A stretch of 62,149 bases of DNA from Paraglomus brasilianum (taxonomy: Eukaryota): contig CAJVPI010000065.1 of assembly GCA_910592345.1 (NCBI GenBank), forward strand, positions 1-62,149. The letters run 5' to 3'. The notes below the pieces were generated by a model that searched no databases, had not been told where the DNA came from, and saw only the letters and a list, made by a program, of their open reading frames with translations. This document shows, piece by piece, positions 1-11,518 of this stretch. A program made the translations under genes and the position numbers. Position 1 is the first letter of the stretch, and each line of letters opens with the position of its first letter.

Positions 1-338
1 TGGAAAATTTAAGGAGTTATTATTATGTACGTTTAGATGATACAACCGGTAGGATACTTTTGCACGTTACTGTACGTAGTGGGATACCAGTTTTGCTTGA
101 AATTTCTTTTGGAGGACGGATATTTTGCTGCCAAAGTAAGTTAACAATGGAACGGTTTGTTTTCACAGGGTTTGGAGACATTTTACGACAAAAGATGATA
201 ATAATGTGTTTATCTTTTATTTTTGTAACCTCAATTACCCGATTTGTTAACAAAACTAGTCTATATTGGGCGATTGACAGTGCTACGCGTATTTGAATAA
301 TTCTAGACAACACGCCATTATTTTCGCCGGGGACTGTA
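1..338 (-). mobile_element. Left end of a Tc1/mariner-type DNA transposon (TIR plus transposase N-terminal HTH remnant); continues off the window edge
   Basis: Minus strand reads TA|CAGTCCCCGGCGAAAATAATGG (TA at 337-338, terminus at 336), a Tc1-like TA-CAGT end. It is followed by ATG (181) MSPNPVKTNRSIVNLLWQQNIRPPKEISSKTGIPLRTV, an HTH-like transposase start that then loses frame. Confidence 0.65.
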
Positions 339-377
339 TGTGAGGCATCTTTCCGCAGAAACCAAACCACCTGAAAA

Positions 378-2368
378 ATGTCAACCAGCGAACAAGACGT
401 AAAGTATGCGAAGGAGAAGCTAGAAGAGGCGGAGAAGAAGATGGCGGAGACCAAGGATGAGAATAAAGCCTACTGGATGAGGCAGGCGGAAGAATGGAGT
501 ATAACTGTGAGAGGACTGCTGCAGAAATCCAGTGCATCTGCAGGTGACGACTTTGTGATTCGGGCGTTGGGGATATAGAGTAGCGTGTACATAGGGTAGA
601 GTAATAACAGTCACCGGAAATGTCACGCTTTGTGACTCGGCACTGGGGACATAAAGTAGTGTGTGTACATCGGGTAGAATAACATAGTGATATGGTTTTC
701 TTACATTGCGAATTTATTGGGAGAATGTTACTATAGTTAGAGTTGGCCTTTTCATTCATAGTCAATGAAAATAACATGTTCGTCTTTAGAAAAGAGCATA
801 ACCATTTTTATATTCTGTTTGTCACGCTAAACTCACAATTTATATTCATTGTCATCAACAATTTTTTTATTTATCGCATTAGCATCTTCAGCGGAAAAGT
901 ACTGGTACCCCAAGATGGTGGAATTCGTCAAGAAGGCAATGGAGGCAGACTTGAGTCAAAACGCTATAACTTTATCCATACTTCCAGGTGATCCAGCCAA
1001 CTCTACGATAATTGTCATTCGAAAGTGCTATCGGCATTTTGAAAAGTTTATCATGGAGGACAACAAATACCGGCGCTATCTTATTACAGGAAATCCAGGC
1101 ATTGGAAAAACGCTCTTCGGACTCTATATGTTTGTGCTGTTGCTGCAAAAAGGACATTCGGTTATATTTGACAGCCTTGAATATACTATTTTTGTGAAAA
1201 ACAAATGCGAAGAATTTACATTTGAGTTGATTAAATCGAATATTGACTTTCTTGCACGGATGGAGCAACCAGGGGTATGGTGCATTATTGATGGTAAACA
1301 GCCTCGTGTCAGTCATGACAAAAATGTCGGAAAAACTATCATGGTATCTTCTCCACGAATTGAGTACATTAAAAACTTCCAGAAGTCTGTTTATTGCATC
1401 AAGTTCTATATGCCAGTGTGGACTTTTGCTGAACTTGAAATGTGTCGCGAATCTGCTTTTTCTGATCTCAGCAAAGATGTATTACAAGAAATTTTCGATA
1501 TTTGTGGTGGTATACCAAGAACAGTTTTTTATCAATCCAGCAACTTTGTGAAAAGTAAGATCACTGAAGTTATCAACAAAACTGATCACAAGATTCTGAA
1601 CTTCATGGGAGATTTAGTAAGTGGGAATGAATTTAGTCATCAGATTGTTCAAATATACACCAACAGCAAAGAAGAAGAAGGGGGAGGCCTCATGTATGAA
1701 GAAGATGACAGTAAAGTAGGAGAAAATAGCATTGATTTATATTATTCAAAAGCATTTCTTCGATTTGCATCAGAGTATGTTGCTGATAACATGATTGCAA
1801 AACTTGAAGAGTCTCATAAAAATGAACTTTATCTTTTTGTTAAAGCTGCAGACAGTTATAGTCCACTTGCAACTTTGCGCAGTCATGTGTTTGAGTCCAT
1901 TGCTCACTGAGAAATTGTTCAGGGAAAACCATTTAGAATCCATAAGCTTGATAACAGCAACAACAACAGCAACATAATTTTGGGAAATTGGAGACAAAGT
2001 GGGTCAACAATGTTCAAGAGATTGAGATGGGAAAATATTGTCGATTTAGAGCCTCAAATCAAGAGTCTGTTGATGCTATTCTTGCTCCATATGTACTGTT
2101 CCAAGATACTGTTGGCAAATCTCATAGCATCAATCAGCATGGATTACAAATGCTAAAGCAAAAACTTGCAGCAGATGGTAAGATTCAATTGTATTTTGTT
2201 GTTCCTAAAGATCGATTTTTAACATTCAAAGCACAATGCTTCACTGTCAAGAAGACTGTGAAAGGTAGTTCAAAAGCAGTTAAGCATGTAAAGAAGTGGA
2301 TTGAAAATAGAGTTGAGCAGTATGTTTTAGAGATGGATATTGATATTGTGATTGGTGGAAACAGATAA
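378..2368 (+). pseudogene. Crinkler (CRN/RHS-type) effector-like protein: short helical N-terminus, P-loop NTPase, C-terminal restriction-endonuclease-like domain; disrupted
   Basis: Exon 1 378-543 splices (GT..AG, ~544-880) into the 849-1910 frame. Walker A YLITGNPGIGKT, Walker B WCIIDG, VSSP, FYMPVWT, CGGIPR and FESIAH motifs are present, with C-terminal ESVDAIL..LFQDTV.KSHSI..GL and LYFVVP. In-frame TGA at 1908-1910, after which the frame continues EIVQGKPFRIHKLD; a 1-nt frameshift lies at ~1985-1988. Confidence 0.8.
549..684. repeat. Imperfect tandem duplication (~78-bp period) in CRN intron 1
   Basis: ctttgtgattcgggcgttggggatatagagtagcgtgtacatagggtagagtaataac versus ctttgtgactcggcactggggacataaagtagtgtgtgtacatcgggtagaataac. 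Confidence 0.75.
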
Positions 2369-4710
2369 CAAATTTAACACATACTTTGGCTGGGGAGCTC
2401 CATGGGTGATAGTGATAAATACTAACAATTAAGGTTGATGTGAGATATAATGATCGATTTTGTTATCGACATCTTTAATTATATTAGAAATCGAGGTGTC
2501 ATTTGCGACGGTGTCGGTAGGAGAGAAACACTAATGTTCCTAATGTATGATATCTTGTTTACATTGGCGTCGTTGTTGGAGGATGGTTGATTCCCCATTT
2601 CCGCATTGTCAGTGAAGTTGAGCGATTGAGTAATCTTCTTTTAGTACGTATCACGTGATGTTTGGTATAACTTTAAGTAGCATTCAAATGACGACATTTG
2701 TGAACCAGTCTAATTTTTTGCTATCGATATGTTTTGATATTAAATACGTGTCTATTTGACATCTTAATCTGTGCAGCCGAGATTGATTGCTGAGAAGCGT
2801 TGATTTATTCTAAGGACTGGATCCTTTTTATTTTCGTTTGTAATAGGTGAATTTGATGAACTTAGTTCGTAGGAAAGATTATAATGAAGCGACTCTCCGC
2901 TCTCAAGACCTTGTACTCATTCACTTCAACGATATAGAGCTAATTTAAATCACAAGTAGATGAAGAATCGTAAAATTAGAAGAAAAGACCTTTTAAAGTC
3001 TAAATCAGGTGAACCTGGAATTAAGCAACAAGTGTATTACCTAATGCATAACAAGAGCAGATGATAGATTGAACTGTGTTCATACTTACAGCTTGAAATG
3101 ATTCTTCACGGGAGTCAAATGATCTACATATTCAATTTTGGTATGACGCGAGGGACTTTTATTCACAACAAGGTGCTCGCTAAAGCCCAGTTTGAGCTGT
3201 TTTTATCTATCTACAGTACATGCAGAGGAAGAGAATATTTGGCGCCGATCTGTGTTTTTTTAATTTGTTCGTAATTCACGCAAATCTACGGATTGTTACT
3301 AAATTAACAGCACGAGGAACTGTTTCTTATAATCCACTCCATGTGTAATTACACATTATTTCGTGCATATCGTTTGGCTGCTCTCCAATATTATTCAATA
3401 GAATTCAATTCGCAGTGAAATTTATACAAACGTGACCTGAATTTTCGATCGTTTCAACTATTGAGCTAAAAATCTGGTTGAAGAACAATCAACACGTAAA
3501 GAAAGGGTTATTTTCCCATCTCAACATATCCATCTTCGTATACGTGGTATCTATTTGGTTTCCAAACGCGTCTAAAAGTAAATAAACTCTAGGCACATGT
3601 TTTTCGATTTTAACGCCATATATCGTATTGCCATTTTATGTAAGGCCTTGGTGTCATCTATTATAACAAAAACAACAGGACTCGATATACTTGTGATGTT
3701 TAAAAAAGGATGTGAAGTCTAAATAATTAATAAATTCTTAGAAGAAGTGAAAGAAAGTTTAGAAAAAAAGAAGATATTCTTCTCCGTGGGCAAATGGTTT
3801 TTCTGCATCGACGTTTGAGGCAAACACGCGTGCCGAGGTACTAGAGTGCTAGTGGGTCGTTTTTTTTCTTAAGGTGTCTTTGGAAATATTTCGAAACATG
3901 GTACTCTCTAATGTGGTTAGAGCAATGACCGGATTCTTTAAACAAAAGGTTTTCTATTACTATTAAGTGAATTATAGAACCGTAGTAATGTCCCCCCGCA
4001 AAAACTGCAAAAATTCCATGCCAAGATTCACATGCAATTCCACAGAACAGGCAAAACTTGCCTGGGAACAGAAAATTAAACATAAAAGTGCCTTGGCCAG
4101 TTCGAATTCCAGTCAATAAAAAACACCATGAAGTATGACAAAAAGGAATTCAGAACATGTTCAAAGTGGATGGTGCCGATATACTTTCTCAACATGAACA
4201 TGAAGTCTTGTTATCCCAGCCAGTACGCAAGGCAAAGGAGAATGTGAACAATGGTTTCGCCGATTTTGGTCATCCAACACACCAACTGTTGGAGAAGCGA
4301 TCATATATCTTACCAAACAAACGAAAGTTTGGCTGCCAAAAGATCGGGACATTGGTTGTGTTATTATCGGAAATTTGGTAAATACGATAAAAACGTCTCC
4401 CCTACCGGCTTGTAATAGATGACGATCACCATAAGGCTGTATAATCTTTACTATTTATTCAATGGAACGATGCTCAAAGTCACCCCGTATTGAAAGAGGC
4501 TTTTAATTAATATTAAAAGTTTTACATGAATGGCGTTTTCTCTGTCGCATCAAGAATCCTTATGCATGCAACAAAGACTAATAAATATTTGTGTATGTAT
4601 GTGTTGTAGAACTTGTGTATAATACAGATAACAGTCATAATATACATGTGACAAGTAGATTTAAACATCGCTAGGATAAAAGTCATTATGCTAATTATAT
4701 CAAAGGCTAA

Positions 4711-7203
4711 TCAGCTTTTTCCCGCACCCCCTTGACCATCTTTGGGAGGCTCATAAGCAGGAGGGGCTTCACCAGGAGTTCCAAACAAGAATCCACCTAC
4801 AAATGGTTGCGATGGGGGATTGGATAGATGCCCTTGACTCGAGCTAGGCTGTGCAAATGAGGGTTGACTTGGCTGACCAGACTGACTATAATACTCTTGT
4901 GGATTATGGAATGGCTGTTGCATTTGATATGCTTGTGGTCCATAATAACCTTGTCCCTGTGGGTTATATAAATTATGCTGATACAGCCCACCAATTGGTG
5001 GAACCTGTGGATTCACTGGTGTTGAAATTTCTACTGTAGAGGCAACAATAGAAGATTGCGAAGAAGTGACACCAGTTGACGCGTCAGATGGGACTGTTTT
5101 CAATCCAGCGATCTCGGATTTAATACTCGAAATATCTTCTTCCAACTTGCTTATCTTTTCTTCCTTTTGTGATAATTCTGACGTTTTTGATTGCAATGCC
5201 TCCTCAAGATCTTTAATAACCTGAGACAACTTGCCTTTCTCGCTTGCAACGGCAGTCATCTCATTCTGAAGCCTAGCAACATTATTGTCGTGTTCTTGCG
5301 ATTGTATGTCGTGATCCTGTTTCTGGTTCAATAATACTTGGTTTTCTTTTAGCAACTCTTCATTCTTTCGTGTCTCACTTGCTAAAGAGTCTTCAAGTTC
5401 CAATATACGTTGCTCAAGTTTCTTTTGTACATCAAGCAATTTATCATTCAATTCATTAATCTGCTTCTCATACACTTCTCTTTGCAAATGCGATTCACTA
5501 GACAAACCGTCCAACTGAGCTTTATATTCTAGCTTCTGATTCTCTAATTCTTGTTTCTGGTTTTCTAATTCTCGTTTCTGGTTTTCTAATTCTCGTTTCT
5601 GGTTCTCTAGTTCATGTTTCTGGTTCTCTAGTTCATGTTTCTGGTTCTCCAGATCCTGTTTCTGGTTCTCTAGTCCCTGTTCCTTATTTGCTAGCTCTTG
5701 CGTATTATCTTTGACCAGTACCGAAGTCTTTTCTTCAGCTTGCCTTAATTCATTTGTGAGTTCACTAACTTGCTTCTCACAAGCTCCACGTTGAGATGCC
5801 ATTTGTGAGTAGAGATGATTTAATTTGGTTTCATATTCGCGTTTCTGATCAGCTAACTGTGCCGGAGCTGTGTTTGTCAATGCAGGCAGGAGGGGTCTAA
5901 TGCCTGTTGCAGGTGGTTGCCATCGATGCAATTGGATCTGGCAATCTCTGACAATTTGTGATGTATCCTTATCACCTAAAACAATTAAGTCCAATAATAA
6001 TGTTTAATGAACAACTGGGATAGCTTATATAATTAATTAATAAATAACAGAATATCAAGAATTCAATCTAAAACGTATAAAATTAAAGATCTGGCCATTT
6101 TTATGTAATGATACAAAGAATTAAGACATAAATCATACTTCTCTCGTCCGAATACATACCAGTATATTTTGGTCTTGTCGAGCCAGGCGAGTCAGGGGTA
6201 GCGTCAAACTGGCCAATGAGCTCCCAGCCAAACCCAGCAATTATAGCCATACGTTCGGCCGCTTCAAATATCGAATCCATATGCAGAGAGAATGCTTCCT
6301 TCAGCTTCCTTCGCCTAATATTGTTAACTTCCATCTCGTTAGTTGTATGTTCGCGATTGACTTGTTGCCATTCATCTTCTAATTCCTGGGCTCTTGCAGA
6401 TCTTGATTTGCCGAGTTTTGATTTCTCTTCGTGGATTTTGTGTCGCTTCTCTTTCGAGCCATGAAGACGCTGCTCTGCATCACGAATCTCTTTCAGACAA
6501 TTTCTGTACCGACCATACTTTTCTATTAACATATTGTATTAATAGGTAAGAAATTGAACAGCACACTATAAAATGTAATTCACGAAAAATTCTAATAAAT
6601 AATACTATACGTAGTCTATGTGAAATAACAATATCATAAAAATGTACACGATACAGCATAGACTTTAATGGCTATAAAACGATGCACGCTATGTAAGAAC
6701 ACCAATATTACCAGATAGCACTGTGTCAATATCCGACATGCTTGATATGATATTTGCCATCTTTTCGGTTATATCCTTCGTATACAATAAACAACTGTCA
6801 GACGTAGAATCGACAGGAAGACAATTAATTTTTATAAACGCAAACACTTACGGCAATATCCTCTGAATTCCCCTTGCCCCAGTTCTGCAAATGCTCTCCC
6901 ACTAGACAAAATTGAAAAACAAAAAATCGGTCTTATCAATTCAAAGTAAACATAATAACATGACACCGTGTTCATATCTGCGTTTCCATATTTACCTTGC
7001 TTCCTTTCCAGCGCGGTATTCTGTAAACTGGAAAGAACGTTTTTCTCTTCTTTTAACAATAGGGTCACATTTTTGATTTCTTCGGGTAGGCGAGGGTCAA
7101 CCTTCGCTAAATTACGACGAACGTCGTGACTTATACTGTCAATATTAAAAGGTTTTCCTAATCCAAGAAGCGTTGACGTCTTTCCATCGTTGAAAGTGGA
7201 CAT
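4711..7203 (-). CDS. Eisosome Pil1/Lsp1-family BAR-domain protein with long C-terminal coiled coil and Q/P/Y-rich tail (spliced, ~5 exons)
   Basis: Spliced product has Pil1 signatures: EHLQNWGKGNSEDIADITEKM, YRNCLKEIRDAEQRL, RKLKEAF..FEAAERMAIIAGFGWELIGQFDATPDSPGSTRPKYTG and TSQIVRDCQIQLHRWQP. GT-AG introns: exon 1 7203-6996, exon 2 6901-6852. Confidence 0.85.
5530..5685 (-). repeat. Coding 21-bp tandem repeat (heptad xLENQKx, about 7 copies)
   Basis: Protein GLENQKQ DLENQKH ELENQKH ELENQKR ELENQKR ELENQKQ ELENQKL; DNA unit ttctaattctcgtttctggtt on the + strand. Confidence 0.9.
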
Positions 7204-8725
7204 ATTTTAACCAAGTACAAGAGTCGGTATAAGAAGAATTCCAGGGGGTCAAATTTACACGGGGTTCGAATTATCCCGTGTGAGCAATTGTTTCCGAATT
7301 CAGCTTGTATTTCAACATCTGACTCTTAAACTATTACTATGGGAGAATGGCATAAAGCACATGATCCCTTAAAATCCTAATCACAAAGCCCCCGATGACG
7401 TTGGTCATTCATAATCATGGTGCTTGAATATTTATAACCAATGCACAGATTCGCTTTTTCTAAGAGGACCTGATAGATGGTCACAAATGAATTCAATTAA
7501 TTCGTTGTGGGATTCAGGTTTCGCTGTGGCAGGTCGGTTCAGCTATAAGCTTTGTCCATATTTCTGCCCGAAATCTCTTTCTATTTTTGACTTAAGTGTA
7601 AGATGGTAAACCGCACAAGAGTAATGGATAAAAAATTATTGAAACTGCAGAATTGTCATTAATAAATGACGAAATATCCACCATCAGACATTGGCGAAAC
7701 GAAAATAGTTGTATAATGTAGACAGTGAATAACTTAATAGTCCTAATTTTAGAAATTATTGAAACAATGTTACGACTCGATTGTCACATATTTTTTCGAC
7801 ATTATCACTTAATTTTGTAGTTTATTGGTGCAAGAGATATTCTAGAACGGTTCATAACATATATGAGCAGGTGTAGTTTCGTTAGCTAACAGTGTCGATC
7901 GAGTATCTATCAATGGAATCAGATCATTCATATAATCCACACACACTTTTTCGGTTGGAGTAGCTCTCCACACTCAATAAAGTATATTTATCGGTTAACA
8001 TATAATCAGTATTCCATCGCCTTAGTTGTGCGCGCAAATAGCAGATTCCGCGATCGAATTCTGAGTTGGCAAAAATATTAGTTGCCTATAAACGTGATAT
8101 AAACATTTCCCAATCATATCTACAGACCATCGAATTTATCCCACCGATATGAGTAGAGGCATTTATTCACTACTTTTTAATTCTGCGTATACAAGACCGA
8201 ACGTAAAAGTTGTATAGAAAACCCAATTTAAGAGAAGTCAAATATCAAGGTTAATTGCCAATTCCGTGGTAATTAACTCGACAAAATGAACATAATCTAT
8301 AGTTGATCTAAGAAAAAATCTTGTTAAAATTATATTAGATGAGGTAAGGAATGCAAATAATTAGTCCCAGTAAATAACCGCTTGCGAATGTTCTAAATAA
8401 TAATGGTTCGCAGATACGGTATATCGAAATTGTTAATTTTCAACAATGCCATCAGTGATACTTCGATATCAACATAGTTAATTGTTCGAATATGTCATAG
8501 TTACATAGCTACAAACAGGAATATTACCACTCATTGAGAAAATAAAATTAATGCATTTATGAATGAAACAATCTAGTGATAGGTTCGTCTTCGATGTTGA
8601 TGAAGGTGATCCCCAACAAAGGTAACTATCTGAGTTTGACATGTTCAATATGTTCGATATAATGACTCTGCAGAAAAGTCTTCAAATTACTGGTATAGTT
8701 GCCCCATTCGGATCAAAGTTCACTT

Positions 8726-9299
8726 TCAGACGTTAAAAAATGCAGAATCATGTCCATAATCACTGAATAAGGATCCAATCTTCGTTAGGATCCAATCTTT
8801 GTTAGGATCCATGCTTTTCCAATCGGTTCCAGTTGAGCGTTTGGGAAAGCTGTATGAAGACTAGGCTGTACGCTAAAAGCTGCTGGTGCCAAGCGGTTGT
8901 TTTTGATTCCATCACGAACCTCAAACAAGTCACAAATTTCTCGAAAGTGGAACAGACAACGTGAATCTTTGTCCCTGCGTCGGTTTTGGGCAAGACCATG
9001 CGTAGCAAATAAATCCATCACCGCATAATACGCAGGCCAACCGTACTGGTTTATCCACGCCATGTTTGGTGTTATTATGAGGACGGGATCGAGCTCTTCC
9101 ACGTCGGCGAGTTGATTTTCGTATTTTTTGATAAGATTTTTAGATGCATCAGGGAAGATTTTTCTGAGAGAATCTGACAGTCTGGGGAAGGACTCTAAAT
9201 AATATTTACTATGTTAGATACTGTTCGTAGAAAGATGGCTAATAAATTTCTTGTAACTGCTTCCTTAACCTTGGCCTTCGTGACTTTTACTCGTATCAT
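8726..9299 (-). pseudogene. Small hypothetical protein, C-terminus truncated by a 17-bp tandem duplication
   Basis: Probable ATG at 9299 (MIRVKVTKAKVKEA), then exon ESFPRLSDSLRKIFPDASKNLIKKYENQLADVEELDPVLIITPN...WILTKIGS. The duplicated ggatccaatctt(c/t)gtta (8771-8787, 8788-8804) creates TAA; removing one copy restores WILTKIGSLFSDYGHDSAFFNV-stop at 8726. Confidence 0.6.
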
Positions 9300-9422
9300 A
9301 GGATAATATTTGCGACCCTAGAACGATAAGCGTGATACATATTCTGATTGTAATAAAGTTCGTATCAATAAATATTTTTTACCGACTAGCGTTCAGCTTA
9401 TTCATTAAAACAGTAACAGTAC

Positions 9423-9515
9423 TCAGCGAATATGAGCCAAATCGGTGAGGTCAAAAGCAAGGTATGCCAGCGGGAGCGTCAAGATTGCAATGGCGATAAT
9501 AATAAGGTAATTCAT
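9423..9515 (-). CDS. Candidate 30-aa hydrophobic micropeptide or signal-peptide remnant
   Basis: MNYLIIIAIAILTLPLAYLAFDLTDLAHIR-stop; ACAATG start context, pyrimidine-rich leader and TATATAAA about 80 bp upstream on the same strand. Confidence 0.35.
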   Translation of the reverse strand: MNYLIIIAIAILTLPLAYLAFDLTDLAHIR

Positions 9516-10069
9516 TGTGCTGAATAATATTGGTTTATCACGTAATTGCTAAGGAAGAAAGTGAATAAATAAAGGGAGAGAAAGAAAACGGTTGTTTATA
9601 TACAATCCCATCCATAATCGGACTTCTCGTCTCAACGTCATAGTACATTATTATAATTATTATTATCCACAATATAATCCTAAATCAGGCACGCAATGCA
9701 ATATTATAATTGATAATTGCTCTTTTGCATTTGAAGGGGAGGGGCTGAGCTTACTTGTATTCATGTATTGTTTGAAGCAAATTGTTGTCATAGACAGATG
9801 TATAAGCAACCTCATATTGTGAAACAACTAATCGCGTTTTGGAAGCCAGATATACAGTTAACGCAATATCGTCATCACAAAGTTTAGTGCATAATTTCGT
9901 TATGCACACTTAATATGCAACCGTTTATTTTCGGAGAAAGTGCACTTCGTGTATCGGACATTTTACGCGATATATAATAATAGCGAAAATCAGCTTGAAT
10001 ATTCAATACGCTGTTTATTTATACCAAATTTTTTTTTATACCTCAGACACATAATAAAAGATCTAAACA

Positions 10070-10240
10070 TTCCGAAAGTAAGCTAAGCACCCCTTTAACT
10101 ATATATGTATAGGGGCTTGATTAAATCCTTCATGTGGTAATGGATAATTATATTCCCGTAAAATATGAGGAGTTTTTAATACCAATAGCAAAATATCATA
10201 GTTCCGAAAATAAACACTCCCCGAAAATAAGCACCTCCCT
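10070..10240. mobile_element. Decayed DNA-transposon terminal motifs
   Basis: Direct repeat ccgaaaataa(a/g)cac at 10204-10217 and 10221-10234, a variant near 10072, and similar motifs (ccgaataagcat) at ~28370 and ~28422. Confidence 0.35.
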
Positions 10241-11518
10241 CTATATTAATATGTTATACAGCGAACTTAATAGTAATAGTTGTTATTGGTTCGTCAGATG
10301 ATCACTTAAATGTATTACACCAGATATATGACGTATATTTAGTGACGTAAATCAAATGGCTATCGATCATCTAGATTATACCGTAGCTTTCGGCATATCA
10401 GATATGCTGAACTTATTCGAGTTACAACGTCGAGAGCTTAATCAGTTGTACGAACGATTATCGATGAAATCCCAGAAATGTTCTTAATAATACACCTCGT
10501 ACAACAATACCAAAAGGGCTTTCAATACTTATACAGAAAAAACGCGACCAAAAGAATTGTCAAGGCAAGGCCGACTTCTAGCAAAAGGGACTAATGAAAG
10601 TCCCTAGGAATTGAATGTTTATACCACGAAACCTTGCTGGTGCAAGGGTATTTGTTGCCAGAGACCTCTTGGAAAAGAAGCAAACAAGGGGAGCTGTTTT
10701 AAACATGCAATCGGAAAGGATGGTTGGTAGATCTCAACTCGGTGTTAGGATTTCTTTAAGAAATTGAGTGGTTTACAAAAATATTGGCAGTTTCTCTTTA
10801 AAACAGCCAATCCTTGGAGTTGTCAAAGCCCAGCTGGTTGTTAATAATACCTATTACTATATATTATCCGAATTTTTAATTTGTTAAAAAGTAGAAAAGC
10901 AAATTAAAATGTTACCAAAGAAATTAAAAATTTTTTTAATCTTAGCAATAACCCGTCCTCCTTTGGATTACAATATCTGTACCAAGACATTTCATGCATT
11001 GGGTCAGAGATGAATTTAAAGACATTAATTGCCCACAACTAGCAATTAATAAAATATTTAGAATAAAATCCCCTCCACCGTTTATCACTTGTAATTTGTC
11101 CTTGTTTTTATTAATATTAAGTCTTAATCTTTCAACAAACATTGCTAGCTTTTTCTGACCCTCAACATTGGCAGTAAAATAATTATATACTTAATATATA
11201 TCCTCATAAAAAGGATATAAGTATGTTAACAGAATAATAAAAACAAACAAGAAAATCAATAACTGTACGCGAGACATGTGAGATATCTATGTGAGCGATC
11301 ACGTCATGATTATACAGACAGAGTGCTTATATCGGATTGTAAGATGAATGTTCCGTTAAAATCAACTAACAATGTTAGAGAATGTTGGGATAGTAATAGT
11401 TGTTGAGGTACGAGAGCTATTCTTTACGATGCGAGAATGTATGCAATGTTGATCCTTACCGCATCAAATTCCTTTTCAAAAGCGGTCAATGTTACATCTT
11501 TGATGTCTTTTGTTCAAA

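Noticed and set aside
3818..3853. Possible Helitron 3' end (small hairpin then CTAG-T)
   Set aside because: Stem is only ~4 bp, with no supporting Rep/helicase or 5' TC end.
2400..4450. Short ORFs (3841-4116, 4157-4381) and coding-like fragments
   Set aside because: No recognisable motifs; probably decayed sequence of unassignable origin.
5530..5685. CRISPR-like array
   Set aside because: Repeats are contiguous in-frame heptads with no spacers, in a eukaryotic gene.
7990..8075. tRNA-like relic (GTTGTG, GATCGAATTC, ..GTTGGCA)
   Set aside because: A convincing cloverleaf cannot be built; D and T arms do not pair.
10500..11160. ORF 10942-11142 and neighbouring coding-like stretches
   Set aside because: Fragmentary and AT-rich; likely TE debris, family not identifiable.
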